NCBI GenBank assembly: GCA_963848305.1
Contig: CAWKDC010000001.1
Coordinates: forward strand, 256,001-320,000
Source of the DNA: an uncultured Gammaproteobacteria bacterium
GTDB taxonomy: Bacteria; Pseudomonadota; Gammaproteobacteria; JABCZS01
Direction of reading: 5' to 3'
DNA length: 64,000 bases
A model generated the notes under the pieces. It saw nothing but the letters and a program-made list of their open reading frames with translations, had not been told where the DNA came from and did no database searches. A program made the position numbers and the translations under genes. Shown one piece after another: positions 29,780 through 41,100 of the stretch (position 1 is the stretch's first letter; each line of letters starts with the position of its first letter).

Positions 29780-30760
29780 TTAGATCAAATGGGCAACTGC
29801 CGCTTTTTCATCTAGAAGCTCTTGGTGGACTGCATCTATGCGGGCCTGTCCAAAAGCGCTTATCTCGAGACCAGAAACAATCTTGGCCTCACCCTGGGTA
29901 CACGTACACGGGTAACCGAATACGAGCCCTTCAGGGATACCATAGCTACCATCGCTATAAATACCCATGCTGACCCAGGTGCCGGGCGTTGTGCCCAGCG
30001 CCCAGTCACGCATGTGATCGATGGCAGCGTTGGCTGCACTTGCCGCGCTTGAAGCACCTCGTGCCTCAATGACGGCTGCGCCGCGCTTTTGAACAGTAGG
30101 AATGAAATTTGTTTCAATCCAAGCTTGATCGACAAGCCCAGACACGGGTTTACTCGCTGCGGTCGCATGAAACAAATCAGGATATTGCAGGGCAGAATGA
30201 TTGCCCCAAACAATGACGTTTTTCACGTCTCTGACAGGCACACCCGTTTTTTGGGCGATTTGTCCCAAGGCGCGGTTGTGATCCAAGCGCATCATCGCGT
30301 GGATTTGACGTGGATGTAAATCAGGTGCATTATTGATCGCAATGAGGGCGTTCGTATTCGCAGGATTGCCGACAACCAATACTTTCACATCGCGTGAAGC
30401 ATGATCATTCAAAGCCTTGCCTTGAACGCTGAAAATCGCAGCGTTGGCCGTCATCAAGTCAGCACGTTCCATGCCCTTGGTGCGCGGACGTGCGCCAACC
30501 ATCAGCGCATAATCAGCGTCTTTGAAGGCGACAGCCGGATCGTCGGTCGCAACAATGCCAGCCAAGAGGGGAAAGGCGCAATCGACCAATTCCATCACGA
30601 CACCCTGGAGGGCGTTCATGGCTTGGGGAAGATCCAAGAGCTGCAAAATCACGGGTTGGTCTTTGCCCAACATATCGCCATGCGCGATACGAAACAGCAA
30701 ACTGTAACTGATTTGGCCGGCAGCCCCAGTCACCACAACACGTACGGCAGTCTTCATCAT
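29780..30760 (-). CDS. mdh: Malate dehydrogenase (type 2)
   Basis: [35 protein letters not shown] and WGNHS. Confidence 0.95.
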   Translation of the reverse strand: MMKTAVRVVVTGAAGQISYSLLFRIAHGDMLGKDQPVILQLLDLPQAMNALQGVVMELVDCAFPLLAGIVATDDPAVAFKDADYALMVGARPRTKGMERADLMTANAAIFSVQGKALNDHASRDVKVLVVGNPANTNALIAINNAPDLHPRQIHAMMRLDHNRALGQIAQKTGVPVRDVKNVIVWGNHSALQYPDLFHATAASKPVSGLVDQAWIETNFIPTVQKRGAAVIEARGASSAASAANAAIDHMRDWALGTTPGTWVSMGIYSDGSYGIPEGLVFGYPCTCTQGEAKIVSGLEISAFGQARIDAVHQELLDEKAAVAHLI

Positions 30761-30854
30761 GATTCCCCTTCTCAACGCAATATATACTTCGAGCATACCA
30801 TAGAGAAAATGCAGATGCTATACCCATTTTTATAAAATATGTTATATTCCCGGT

Positions 30855-31643
30855 ATGAAAACGAGATTGTTACAGACCTGCATACTCACTCTACTTTTAT
30901 TTGGCTGCACGACCTCGCCAACGGGTCGTTCGCAAATAAAAATCATTTCGGCTCAGCAAATGGATAGTATGGGGGCACAAAGCTTCGCGGCCCTCAAAAA
31001 AGAAAGTAAAATTGACCCTGACAAGCGCCATCAAGCCTTCGCTCGATGTGTCGCTGATGCCCTGATACCCGTTTTACCCCCTCCCTACCCCAGCAAAGAC
31101 TGGGAAGTCGTCGTTTTCATTGATGAATCCCCCAATGCATTTGCCCTACCTGGCGGCAAAATTGGCGTGAATACTGGGATGATTGAGCTGGTGAGTGGCC
31201 AGGACGAATTGGCTGTGGTCATGGCCCATGAATTGGCACACGTGGTCGCTGAACATGGGAATGAGCGGGTATCGACTCAAATGGCCACGGAACTGGGCAT
31301 CAACCTGATTGCATCTTCTGCGGGGACATCCAATCCCGACAGAACAGCTGCCCTGCTGGGCGCAGGGGCTCAATTGGGCATTCTCCTCCCCTTCTCACGG
31401 ACGCAGGAATCTGAAGCGGATGAGCTGGGTTTACATTATATGGCTGAAGCAGGGTTTAATCCCAAAGCGAGCATCACGTTATGGAAAAAGATGGCCGAGA
31501 AATCTGGCAAGAAAGTGGAGTTTTTACAAACCCACCCGAACAGTGAGAATAGAATCAGACAGTTTGAAGCCTGGATGCCCAAAGCAGAAGTTGAGTATGA
31601 AGCAGCAAGGAATGCGGGTAAGAAGCCGGATTGTTATCGTTGA
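30855..31643 (+). CDS. M48-family metallopeptidase lipoprotein
   Basis: Lipobox LFGC, PNAFALPGG, HELAH, FSRTQESEAD and THP. Confidence 0.9.
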   Translation: MKTRLLQTCILTLLLFGCTTSPTGRSQIKIISAQQMDSMGAQSFAALKKESKIDPDKRHQAFARCVADALIPVLPPPYPSKDWEVVVFIDESPNAFALPGGKIGVNTGMIELVSGQDELAVVMAHELAHVVAEHGNERVSTQMATELGINLIASSAGTSNPDRTAALLGAGAQLGILLPFSRTQESEADELGLHYMAEAGFNPKASITLWKKMAEKSGKKVEFLQTHPNSENRIRQFEAWMPKAEVEYEAARNAGKKPDCYR

Positions 31644-31655
31644 TCACTTCATCCT

Positions 31656-31687
31656 CCCGGGTCGCGCTAAGCGCGCCCGGGATGACG
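31656..31687. repeat. GC-rich palindromic element between convergent genes
   Basis: cccggg-t-cgcgct-a-agcgcg-cccggg hairpin followed by atgac. Confidence 0.5.
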
Positions 31688-31700
31688 CGACAAGAATCAT

Positions 31701-32141
31701 TTACATCATGTCATCTTCATCTTGACCATGCTTCTTCATCATCTTTTCATGCTTTTTCATACGCTTTTCCATACGTTCCTGGCGCACTTTTTGCCATTCT
31801 TCGTATTGAGCAGGCGTCAAAATGCCTTTCAGCTTGCTGCTAGTATCAGCTTCCATTTCATGGCGAGCTTTTTCAGCTTTGATGAGCATGTCATTGAAAA
31901 CACCCTTAACATTCTTCATTTGCTCGTCTGTCAATTTCAATTCTTCTTGCATACGCTTCGCCATTTTGGTTGAGCGCATATCAGCCATTTGCTCATCCGA
32001 CATCATGGGTTTTGCTGCAGGTGCCATAGCGGCAGGGGCTGGCGCTGCAGCAGGAGCAGCTGCTGTCGCAGCGATAGCAACATTAGCAGCCAACAGGCTA
32101 GCCAATACCACGGTGTTTAATACAGTATTCTTCATAGACAT
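31701..32141 (-). CDS. Spy/CpxP-like periplasmic protein
   Basis: Signal peptide, Met-rich, with two LTxEQ-type motifs (LKLTDEQ, ILTPAQ). Confidence 0.7.
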   Translation of the reverse strand: MSMKNTVLNTVVLASLLAANVAIAATAAAPAAAPAPAAMAPAAKPMMSDEQMADMRSTKMAKRMQEELKLTDEQMKNVKGVFNDMLIKAEKARHEMEADTSSKLKGILTPAQYEEWQKVRQERMEKRMKKHEKMMKKHGQDEDDMM

Positions 32142-32233
32142 AGTAATCCTCCAAAAGGAAAAATGAGACTCATTGCATTAAATATACTCTATTTTTTTCA
32201 AATCACCAGTGAAAAAGCAGCTAAAATATAGCC

Positions 32234-32947
32234 ATGAACGAACTTAAACACCATATCCTTGTCGTCGATGATGACGATAAATTGCGCCGTCTGCTGGAGC
32301 GTTTCCTTAAAGATCAAGGCTTTGAGGTATCAACTGCCCCTGACGGCGCCGCCATGGACAAGCGTTTAGAGCGCGAACACATTGACTTGATTGTCCTAGA
32401 CCGCATGATGCCTGGCGAAAGTGGGATTGAGATATGCCGGCGATTGCGTGAACAGCCCTCCTCTCCAGCCATTTTAATGCTCACAGCCCAATCTGATGAG
32501 GAAGAAAGGATCCTTGGATTGGAATCAGGTGCTGATGATTATTTACCCAAACCATTCAATCCACGCGAACTATTGGCGCGAATTCGTGCTATCTTAAGGC
32601 GCCTGCCAACTGAGATTCCTGGCGCTCCTACAAACGATGTGATTTCATTTAGCAACATGGAGGTCGATTTAGCCCAAAGGACGCTAACCCAGAATGGCGT
32701 AGAAATGGAATTATCGAGCGGGGAATTCGCATTGTTAAAGGCATTGGTGATGCGCCCGTATCAAACCCTTTCGCGCGAACAATTGATGCACCTGGCAAGG
32801 GGAAAAGATTTTGATCCAAACGATCGCACCATTGACACACAAGTATCCCGTTTGAGAAAATTAATCGAGCGAGATCCTGTTCACCCCAAACATATTCAAA
32901 CAGTGTGGGGCAAAGGTTATGTATTTATCCCGGAGGGGGAAAAGTAG
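32234..32947 (+). CDS. ompR: OmpR-family response regulator
   Basis: ILVVDDD, LDRMMPG, GADDYLPKPF and winged helix DRTIDTQVSRLR..IQTVWGKGY. Confidence 0.85.
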   Translation: MNELKHHILVVDDDDKLRRLLERFLKDQGFEVSTAPDGAAMDKRLEREHIDLIVLDRMMPGESGIEICRRLREQPSSPAILMLTAQSDEEERILGLESGADDYLPKPFNPRELLARIRAILRRLPTEIPGAPTNDVISFSNMEVDLAQRTLTQNGVEMELSSGEFALLKALVMRPYQTLSREQLMHLARGKDFDPNDRTIDTQVSRLRKLIERDPVHPKHIQTVWGKGYVFIPEGEK

Positions 32948-32950
32948 TTC

Positions 32951-34234
32951 ATGAGAAGTTTTATGCCGAGAAAGATTTCAACTCGAATTGTAGCGCTCAT
33001 TTTATTCATTTTGCTCGCGAATGCAGCCTTAACCACCATTTTCTCAAGGCAACATGCAAAAGAACTGGCGCAACAAAAAACAACACAAGTCTTGAAAGCC
33101 GTCATCAGCTATATCGCCACGAATTCGTCTGTATTGCACATCGATAAAGTACTGGAAACTTATGGCATTCAAATTGTAGCGCATCCGACAGCGCACGTGC
33201 TTCCTGCGCAGAACGATATTCTTCAAAAGATATCGCTTGATTTCAACAAAGCCCATAAATCTAAAATTTCTCTCTATGAAGACAAGGCCCAGCCCAACAT
33301 TCTATATATTTTATACACGCCATCTAGAGACAATAGCCACCAATGGTTAACAATACCACAGGAACCTGTTGAAAAACACTCGATAACGATTGCGCATGCT
33401 GAAGAATTTATCATTCTCTTGATCATATTTTTGGGCAGTTATTTCACGGCAAGAACCATCAACAAACCGCTTGAAAAAATCATGAAAAGTCTTGACGATT
33501 TTGGCCTCAACATTATCCCCTCTCAACTGCCAGAAGAAGGTTCAGAAGAGATAGAGCATTTGGCTCGAAGTGTGAACCAAATGATCCGCAATCATCATGC
33601 GTTGGCCAAAGAACGCGAACTCATGCTCGCCGGCATTTCACATGATCTACGAACTCCGCTGACACGTTTGCAATTACTGGCAGAGCTATCGAGCGCATCA
33701 CCTGATACCGTCACTGCAATGAAAGAAGAAATTGAGCAGATCACCAAAATGCAACAACAATTCATCGATTTTATCACGGCATCGACTCAGGAAACATCTG
33801 ACTGGGTTCATCTCAATGAGTTCTGCCAAGAACTTGCGAATAAATATCGATTGTCATCTCAAATCATTCATCTTGATACACATGGCATCACAGATATCGT
33901 CTTGAAAACGCAGCCAATCGGTTTATACCGGATTTTAACGAATGGTATCAATAATGCCATTAAATATGGCGAGCCACCCTATTCAATTGAATTGAAAGAA
34001 AATGACAAGGAAGTGACGATCAATATCAAAGACATGGGTGTTGGCGTGCCAGACAATATGTTATTAGAAATTTTCAAACCGCTTTATCGAGGAGATGCTG
34101 CCAGGCAAAATGCCGATGGCAGTGGTTTAGGGCTTGCCATTATTTCTCGGATTGTTGAGCGCTTAGGTGGAACCATTCGAGCCTATAATTTACAGCCAAA
34201 AGGTTTTTGTCTTGAAATAAAATTGCCTAAATAA
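32951..34234 (+). CDS. EnvZ-like sensor histidine kinase
   Basis: Two TM helices, HAMP, AGISHDLRTPL, NAIKY, DMGVG and GSGLGLAI. Confidence 0.9.
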   Translation: MRSFMPRKISTRIVALILFILLANAALTTIFSRQHAKELAQQKTTQVLKAVISYIATNSSVLHIDKVLETYGIQIVAHPTAHVLPAQNDILQKISLDFNKAHKSKISLYEDKAQPNILYILYTPSRDNSHQWLTIPQEPVEKHSITIAHAEEFIILLIIFLGSYFTARTINKPLEKIMKSLDDFGLNIIPSQLPEEGSEEIEHLARSVNQMIRNHHALAKERELMLAGISHDLRTPLTRLQLLAELSSASPDTVTAMKEEIEQITKMQQQFIDFITASTQETSDWVHLNEFCQELANKYRLSSQIIHLDTHGITDIVLKTQPIGLYRILTNGINNAIKYGEPPYSIELKENDKEVTINIKDMGVGVPDNMLLEIFKPLYRGDAARQNADGSGLGLAIISRIVERLGGTIRAYNLQPKGFCLEIKLPK

Positions 34235-34257
34235 GACATGTCCTCTTACGTCCATGC

Positions 34258-35007
34258 TCAAGCCCCAGAAGATGACGCCTTGCAGACCCCTTCACCTGGC
34301 GGTGGTTTAGGGGGTGCTTGACGGCCTTCACCCTTGATAAATACACCTTTAGAACCCGCTTGTGCAGCCGCAGCCGCTTGTTGCCTCAGTTGGTTGAATC
34401 CCCCTGGTTTAAAGCCTTGGCTTAAGCTCGCAGGCATGCTGAATGTACGTGTAAATTGGCCATTAGGCGTGACTTCTATCCCTGGATGTTCAGTATCAAG
34501 ACGAACCTCTTGTCCAGTGGGTAACTTTAAATTGACAGCCCCTTCTTCGATGAAAGCATCCACATTCTGTTGAATACCCAGGGTATAAGCTGTTCCCTGA
34601 ATGGTTAATGTGGTGGTTTCAGCTTTGATTTGATAAGCAGTAGGGCTACGCTTGCCCAGCTCCCCCGTGATGGTTCTGAATGCACCATAAAGAAGCTCAA
34701 TGAAATAAGAATCCTTCTCTGGCTCCGATTCGGTGTAATGATAGTCACTGATTTTGTAAGAAGTTTTTTCACGCAGCTCGACCAATGTGCCATCCACAAA
34801 ACGAAGAGATGCACTTGCAGCTTCCCCAGTCGTGATGACATCTTTAGAAAAAAAATCATCGTTACGTTTTAATGGCCTCTTGGGGGCGCCCCCATTACTA
34901 GCAAATACGTCACCATCTGCGGCAATCACTTTACCGGCAGATAACTGGGCATCGGCAAAGGCAATAGAGAACATCAAGCAAAGCAGCAACGCGAAGATGT
35001 ATTTCAA
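34258..35007 (-). CDS. Periplasmic FecR-domain protein
   Basis: Signal peptide, then AGKVIAADGDV, DVITTG...LRFVDGT, G.FR.ITG and TLTIQGT. Confidence 0.75.
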   Translation of the reverse strand: MKYIFALLLCLMFSIAFADAQLSAGKVIAADGDVFASNGGAPKRPLKRNDDFFSKDVITTGEAASASLRFVDGTLVELREKTSYKISDYHYTESEPEKDSYFIELLYGAFRTITGELGKRSPTAYQIKAETTTLTIQGTAYTLGIQQNVDAFIEEGAVNLKLPTGQEVRLDTEHPGIEVTPNGQFTRTFSMPASLSQGFKPGGFNQLRQQAAAAAQAGSKGVFIKGEGRQAPPKPPPGEGVCKASSSGA

Positions 35008-35796
35008 TTAATATCCTCCCGATGATAAATCCAGATGAAGTTCAAAATCTTTCACACGGAATACTGATGTTTCAAAAGTACCATCATCACGAAGGGTGAT
35101 CGTACGGTACCCTGGCATGATTTGCTCCAGCCCAAATGTTTTGCTCTGGCGTGAAAACTGAAAACATGTTGAAGGTGAAGTATAGACTGGTATGCCATGG
35201 CTTTCAGTGTAAAATTCCTGATGCACATGTCCACAGAAAATGCCCTTCACGTGATGAAAGGGTTCTATCATTGTCCAAAAATCATCCGAGTTCGTTAACA
35301 TCAATCTATCAAGCCATTCGGATCCAACCTTAACAGGCGGATGATGCATAAAAATGAGTGTGTGATGCTCAGGATAATTGCCCAGTGTCATATTCAAAAA
35401 AGTCAATTCATCATCGGTTAAAAGTCCCTCAACAGCTTCACGTTTTTGTGTGTTAAGCAAAATAATATTCCAATTATCGATCACCAGCTGTCTATTTTCC
35501 TGTAAATTTTTTTCATGAAAAACGGTTAACATGTGATCTTCACTGTCATGGTTGCCTGGAATACCATATTTGGGGCAAGAAAAAATATGCAAACGATCTG
35601 TTAATTTTTGATATGTCTGGATGGCTTCGTCTTGTGCCAAATCACCGGTTAAAAACATAACGTCAGGCTTGGGATGCTGTTGCTCTACAAGGGACACCAC
35701 TGCATTGAAACTGTCCCAAGTTTTCATGCCCAATAATGTGCCATCCTTGTCTTTAAATAGATGCATGTCAGTTATTTGAATAATATTCTTAGACAC
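35008..35796 (-). CDS. cpdA: 3',5'-cyclic AMP phosphodiesterase
   Basis: QITDMHL, TGDLAQD, PGNHD, HHPP, CGHVHQ and SPSTCFQF. Confidence 0.9.
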   Translation of the reverse strand: MSKNIIQITDMHLFKDKDGTLLGMKTWDSFNAVVSLVEQQHPKPDVMFLTGDLAQDEAIQTYQKLTDRLHIFSCPKYGIPGNHDSEDHMLTVFHEKNLQENRQLVIDNWNIILLNTQKREAVEGLLTDDELTFLNMTLGNYPEHHTLIFMHHPPVKVGSEWLDRLMLTNSDDFWTMIEPFHHVKGIFCGHVHQEFYTESHGIPVYTSPSTCFQFSRQSKTFGLEQIMPGYRTITLRDDGTFETSVFRVKDFELHLDLSSGGY

Positions 35797-35881
35797 AATT
35801 TTTCCCCAAATGATTGTTCCAATTTGACATTTACAGCTATTATTAAATAGTGTAGCTCATGGATCTAATGGAGACAATAAG

Positions 35882-38104
35882 TTGATTTTAAATAAAATCT
35901 CACAAAAAATGCAGCCCATCCTGCTTGGATTGTTTATCACGATTGGCGTACTTTGGTTCGATACCACACAACATCCAGGCGCAAGCTTAGTACGCGAGCG
36001 TTTAAATAATCTCTTTTACGACATGCATATGCGTATTAATATCATTCAAAACAAACCTAAAGAAAGCAATATCATGATCGTCGATATTAATGATGAAACC
36101 ATGAACAAAATGGGGCGATGGCCATGGCCACGGGATACGGTTGCCACATTGATAGACATTCTCAGAGAACAGGGTGCAGCAGTGATTGCCATGGACATTG
36201 TTTTTCCGGAAGCAGAAAAAAACATGGTAGATTCAATTCTTGAACGCGCGCCGAGTCATACACTGAGTCCTGAAACGATTCATGATTTGATTGGCATCAA
36301 GCCAAGCTATGATCACGATAACGCGCTTGCCAAGGCCATTGCCACGCCTGACGTTGTGGCTGGTTATATCTTGACGGCTGAAAAGGGTCAACATATTGGC
36401 ACATTACCACCTCCCCTTGAAACTTTATCGCCTGACAAAATAGACCATGTGTTTGTGCGTGAAATGAGCGGTTATATCGGTATAACACCGGTTTTGGCGG
36501 CAAGCGCACAGAGCACCGGTTTTGTCACCACCTTGACAGACGATGATGGCGTCATTCGCCACTACCCTGTGGTGCTCGAATATCAAAATGCCATTTATCC
36601 ATCATTGGCGTTGAGTGCCGTCAAACAATATTTATTGTTAAATGAGATCAAATTAAATTGGGTGAATATTGGTAATGATTTTTCTTTATCAGATATTCTT
36701 TTTGGCACCAGAAAAATACACACTGATGGAAGTGGACAGGTATTAATTCCATATAGAAATCTGCAGAATATTTATAATTATGTCTCGGCTGAAGATATTT
36801 TTGCTCGAAAAAATGATCCTAAATTTGTTCATGGTAAAATTGTTTTTATAGGAACGTCTGCAGCAGGTTTGGGGGATTTACATACTACCCCCATTGAAAC
36901 CTCATTTCCTGGCGTTGAAATTCATGCAACAGTTGCTGATACATTGCTATCAGGTAAATTTCCCTACAAACCTGATTGGGCAATTGGCGCACAGATTTCT
37001 CTCATTATTTTTGTCGGCATTGTGTTTTCAGTTTTGCTCCCATTCATGCCCGTTTGGTTAACCATATTTATACCAATGGTGTGCATGACAGCCCTACTCT
37101 ACTTAGACGATATGCTCTGGGATCACCTTAATTTATATTTACCATTTTTTTCAGCAGTATTGAATATTTTTCTGATCACTGTGTTCGCATTGATGCATGG
37201 TTTTATATTTGAAACCCGAAAGAGATCACAGCTCAAACACATGTTCGGTCAATACATTCCACCTGAACAAGTTGAAAAAATGTCTGACTCCAACAGAAAT
37301 TATGGTTTTGAAGGAGAAAGTCGTGAAATGACTGTCCTATTTGCAGATATTCGCAACTTTACCGGCATCAGTGAACACATGGATCCCACCGTACTCAAGA
37401 AATTTTTGAATGATTTCTTTACACCCATGACAAAATCAATCTTTGAACACAATGGTACCATCGATAAATATGTAGGTGACATGATCATGGCGTTCTGGGG
37501 CGCCCCCCTGGAGAATCCCCATCATGCGCTTGATGCCGTTAAAACAGGCTTTGAAATGCTGCGTATAGCAACAACGCTAAAGGAAAATTTTGACTCCATT
37601 GGCGTGAGAGATCTGCACATTGGCATCGGCATTAACACAGGTAAAATGAACGTCGGCGACATGGGATCAGAGTATAGACGTTCTTATACCGTTTTGGGAG
37701 ACTCCGTTAACTTGGCATCTCGTCTTGAGAGTTCCACCAAATTCTATGGCACTTATTTTATCATCAGTGAACATACGCTCAAGGAATGCAAAGGAGAGGT
37801 TGTCTGCCGTCACTTGGACCGTGTCAAGGTGAAAGGCAAAATCGATGCGATTGATATTTATGAACCTATTTGCATGCGGGATCAACTGACGTCCGAAATT
37901 AAAACGGAATTGGGCATGCTGACGGAAGCACAGCATCATTACTTCCAAGCTGAATGGGATCAGGCTATTGCTGGTTTTGAAGCATTGAACCAGGCATTCC
38001 CGGGTCATAAGCTTTATGAATTATATGTCGACCGTATCAAAGCGATGAAGGATGTGGGGATCACAGCACCTTGGGACGGATGCTTTGTGCGTGACGAAAA
38101 ATAG
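35882..38104 (+). CDS. CHASE2-domain class III adenylate/guanylate cyclase
   Basis: GRWPWPR, DDDGVIR and PGVEIHA, then 3 TM helices. LFADIRNFT, DKYVGD (Lys suggests ATP specificity) and LGDSVNLASRLE. Confidence 0.92.
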   Translation: MILNKISQKMQPILLGLFITIGVLWFDTTQHPGASLVRERLNNLFYDMHMRINIIQNKPKESNIMIVDINDETMNKMGRWPWPRDTVATLIDILREQGAAVIAMDIVFPEAEKNMVDSILERAPSHTLSPETIHDLIGIKPSYDHDNALAKAIATPDVVAGYILTAEKGQHIGTLPPPLETLSPDKIDHVFVREMSGYIGITPVLAASAQSTGFVTTLTDDDGVIRHYPVVLEYQNAIYPSLALSAVKQYLLLNEIKLNWVNIGNDFSLSDILFGTRKIHTDGSGQVLIPYRNLQNIYNYVSAEDIFARKNDPKFVHGKIVFIGTSAAGLGDLHTTPIETSFPGVEIHATVADTLLSGKFPYKPDWAIGAQISLIIFVGIVFSVLLPFMPVWLTIFIPMVCMTALLYLDDMLWDHLNLYLPFFSAVLNIFLITVFALMHGFIFETRKRSQLKHMFGQYIPPEQVEKMSDSNRNYGFEGESREMTVLFADIRNFTGISEHMDPTVLKKFLNDFFTPMTKSIFEHNGTIDKYVGDMIMAFWGAPLENPHHALDAVKTGFEMLRIATTLKENFDSIGVRDLHIGIGINTGKMNVGDMGSEYRRSYTVLGDSVNLASRLESSTKFYGTYFIISEHTLKECKGEVVCRHLDRVKVKGKIDAIDIYEPICMRDQLTSEIKTELGMLTEAQHHYFQAEWDQAIAGFEALNQAFPGHKLYELYVDRIKAMKDVGITAPWDGCFVRDEK

Positions 38105-38119
38105 TGGTAAAATGCTGCC

Positions 38120-41100
38120 ATGATTTATACTTATCCTGCCGCTGTTCTCGGCTTAAAGCTCAGCGAATTGATTGCCCAAGCCAATGCTCCAATACTGGTT
38201 ATTGTCGAAGAAAGCACCAGTTTGCAGCGGATTCAAGATGAATGCCACTTTTACCTCGGGCACAACTTCCCCATGATGGTTCTCCCAGACTGGGAAACCC
38301 TGCCTTACGACCATTTTTCGCCCCATGAAGATATCATTTCAGCCAGGCTTAAGGTCATGTCTACACTCCCCCAACTGACCAAGGGAGTGGTCTTCACGAC
38401 GGCCAGCACCCTGATGCATCGTTTACCCCCCGTTGATTTTGTGAGTGCTCATAGCCATGTCTATCGGCAGGGTGAGAAGCTCAATATTATCCCCTTTCGT
38501 GAACGCTTGCAGTCAGCCGGTTATCGGGCTGTCAACCAGGTTTATCAGCATGGTGAATATGCCCTTCGTGGGTCCATTTTAGACTTGTATCCCATGGGGT
38601 CATCGCGCCCCATTCGTATTGATTTATTTGATGACGACATTGACACGATTCGTTTTTTTGATCCAGAAACGCAACGCTCTGATGCACCAATCGATGCTTT
38701 CGAACTGTTGCCTGCCCATGAATTTCTGCTCACCGACGAAGCCACCTCGCAATTCCGCAGTGCTTGGCGTGCACGATTTTCTGGTGATCCGATGCAATGT
38801 CGCGTGTATGAAAGTATTTCAAAAGGCCAAGCACCTGCCGGCATTGAATATTACTTACCGCTTTTTTTCAATCAAACGACATCCCTCGTTGATTTCCTCC
38901 CGCAAAATGGCCTCATCATCAAAATCAATGATCTGGCCAAGCGATGTGATGATTATTTTCGTGAGACCGAAAAACGATATGAGCAATATTCGCATGATAT
39001 GAGTATGCCTATTTTGAAACCCTGTGAAATCATCTTTTCAACCTCAGCACTATTGGCTCAGGTAAATTCTAGAAAATCAATTCACTTGAAGTCAGGTAAT
39101 GATGAAACAGGAAAATACTCAATATTACCTGATCTCAAACTGGAACATCAGAAGCAGTATCCTTTGCAAAAACTGTCTGATTTTCTTTTACAATATTCAA
39201 AAGACAAGATATTATTTTCTGCCGAATCAAAAGGTCGTCGAGAAACACTGCACGAAACACTCAAGCCTTTGTCGCTCCATCTCACTGACATTCAACATTG
39301 GGATGACTTTGTGAATGCCCCGATAGGACGATATATCAGCGCGGCTCCCATTGAACAAGGTTATATTGACAATCAAAATCACCTGCTGGTGATCACAGAA
39401 CAAGATCTGCTTGGCGAACATGTGCGCCAAACGAGAACCAAAGGCACTAAAACATCCTCTGAATGGGTGATTAAAAATCTTGTCGAACTGAAAGTTGGTG
39501 AATCCGTTGTGCATGAAACGCACGGTATTGGGCGATATTTGGGATTAAAAACGCTCACCATCGATGGCGTTCCCGGTGAATTTTTACAGCTAGAGTATGC
39601 AAATCAAGATAAAATTTATGTGCCCATTCAAAAGTTGGGTTTGATCAGCAGGTATGGTGGTCTCGACAGTGATCATGCTCCCCTTACCCGTTTGGGCACA
39701 AAGCAGTGGGATAATGCCAAGCGTGCGGCCATTGAAAAGATCAGGGATACGGCTGCTGAATTATTGAATATTTATGCACTGCGTAAAGCAAAGTCTGGCT
39801 TTGCGCATAAACCACTAGATGACACGTACCTGGCTTTTGCGAATAGTTTTCCGTTTGAAGAAACGGCTGATCAATCCAGAGCCATTCAGGAAATGATCAC
39901 TGACATGTTGTCTCCTCAACCCATGGACAGGTTGATTTGTGGTGATGTGGGTTTTGGAAAAACTGAGGTCGCCATGCGTGCGGCATTCATTGCAGCGCAC
40001 AGCGGAAAACAGGTAGCTATTCTAGTGCCAACAACTTTGCTCGCAGAGCAACACTATGAATCTTTCAAAGATCGATTCGCCGACTTCCCGATCACAATCT
40101 ATTCATTGTCTCGATTTTCAAGCGAGAAAGAAAAACTCAAAACAATCGATCAAATTAAAGAAGGCAAGGCTGATATTGTGATTGGTACTCATGCCCTGTT
40201 GAATCATTTATCTGATTTCAAGGAATTGGGTCTGATCATTATTGACGAAGAGCATCGATTTGGGGTGCGTCAAAAAGAGAAAATGAAATCAATTCGTTCT
40301 AGCATTGATGTACTCACGCTCACTGCAACGCCCATTCCGCGCACACTGAACATGGCCATGCACACCATCCGAGATTTGTCGATCATCGCCTCTCCCCCTA
40401 AGCGTAGGTTGTCCGTCAAAACATTTGTCAGGGAATTTGACGAACAAATCGTTAAAGAGGCCATTTTGCGAGAAGTCTTGCGTGGAGGTCAGGTTTATTA
40501 TTTGCACAATAAAGTTGAAACGATCGAAAGAACTGCTGACATGCTCAGACGATGGGTGCCTGATGCCAAAATTGAATTGGCACATGGCCAGATGCGAGAG
40601 CGTGATCTCGAGAAAACCATGGCTGATTTTCATCATCAACGTTTCAATGTATTGGTTTGTACAACAATCATTGAAACTGGCATCGACATTCCCACAGCAA
40701 ACACTATTATTATAGAACGTGCAGATATGTTTGGTCTCGCACAATTGCATCAATTGCGCGGCCGCGTGGGACGATCTCATCATCAAGCGTATGCTTATTT
40801 GTTTACACCACAGGAAAAAGAAATCACCAGCGATGCAGAAAAGCGTCTGACGGCCATTGAATCCCTAGAAGATTTAGGCGCAGGATTCATGCTGGCTACA
40901 CATGATTTGGAAATCCGAGGCGCAGGAGAAATTCTCGGGGAAGAACAAAGCGGTCACATGCAAAGCATTGGGTTCACATTGTATACTGAATTACTGGAAC
41001 GTGCTGTAGAATCCATTAAATCTGGTAAAGAGATCAGCGCGGAATCTCTCGAAAAAGAGGAAATTGAGATTAATTTGCGCATTCCTGCTCTCATTCCAGA

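Noticed and set aside
29822-30835. Several long alternative-frame ORFs over mdh
   Set aside because: Shadow ORFs caused by codon bias in a conserved gene.
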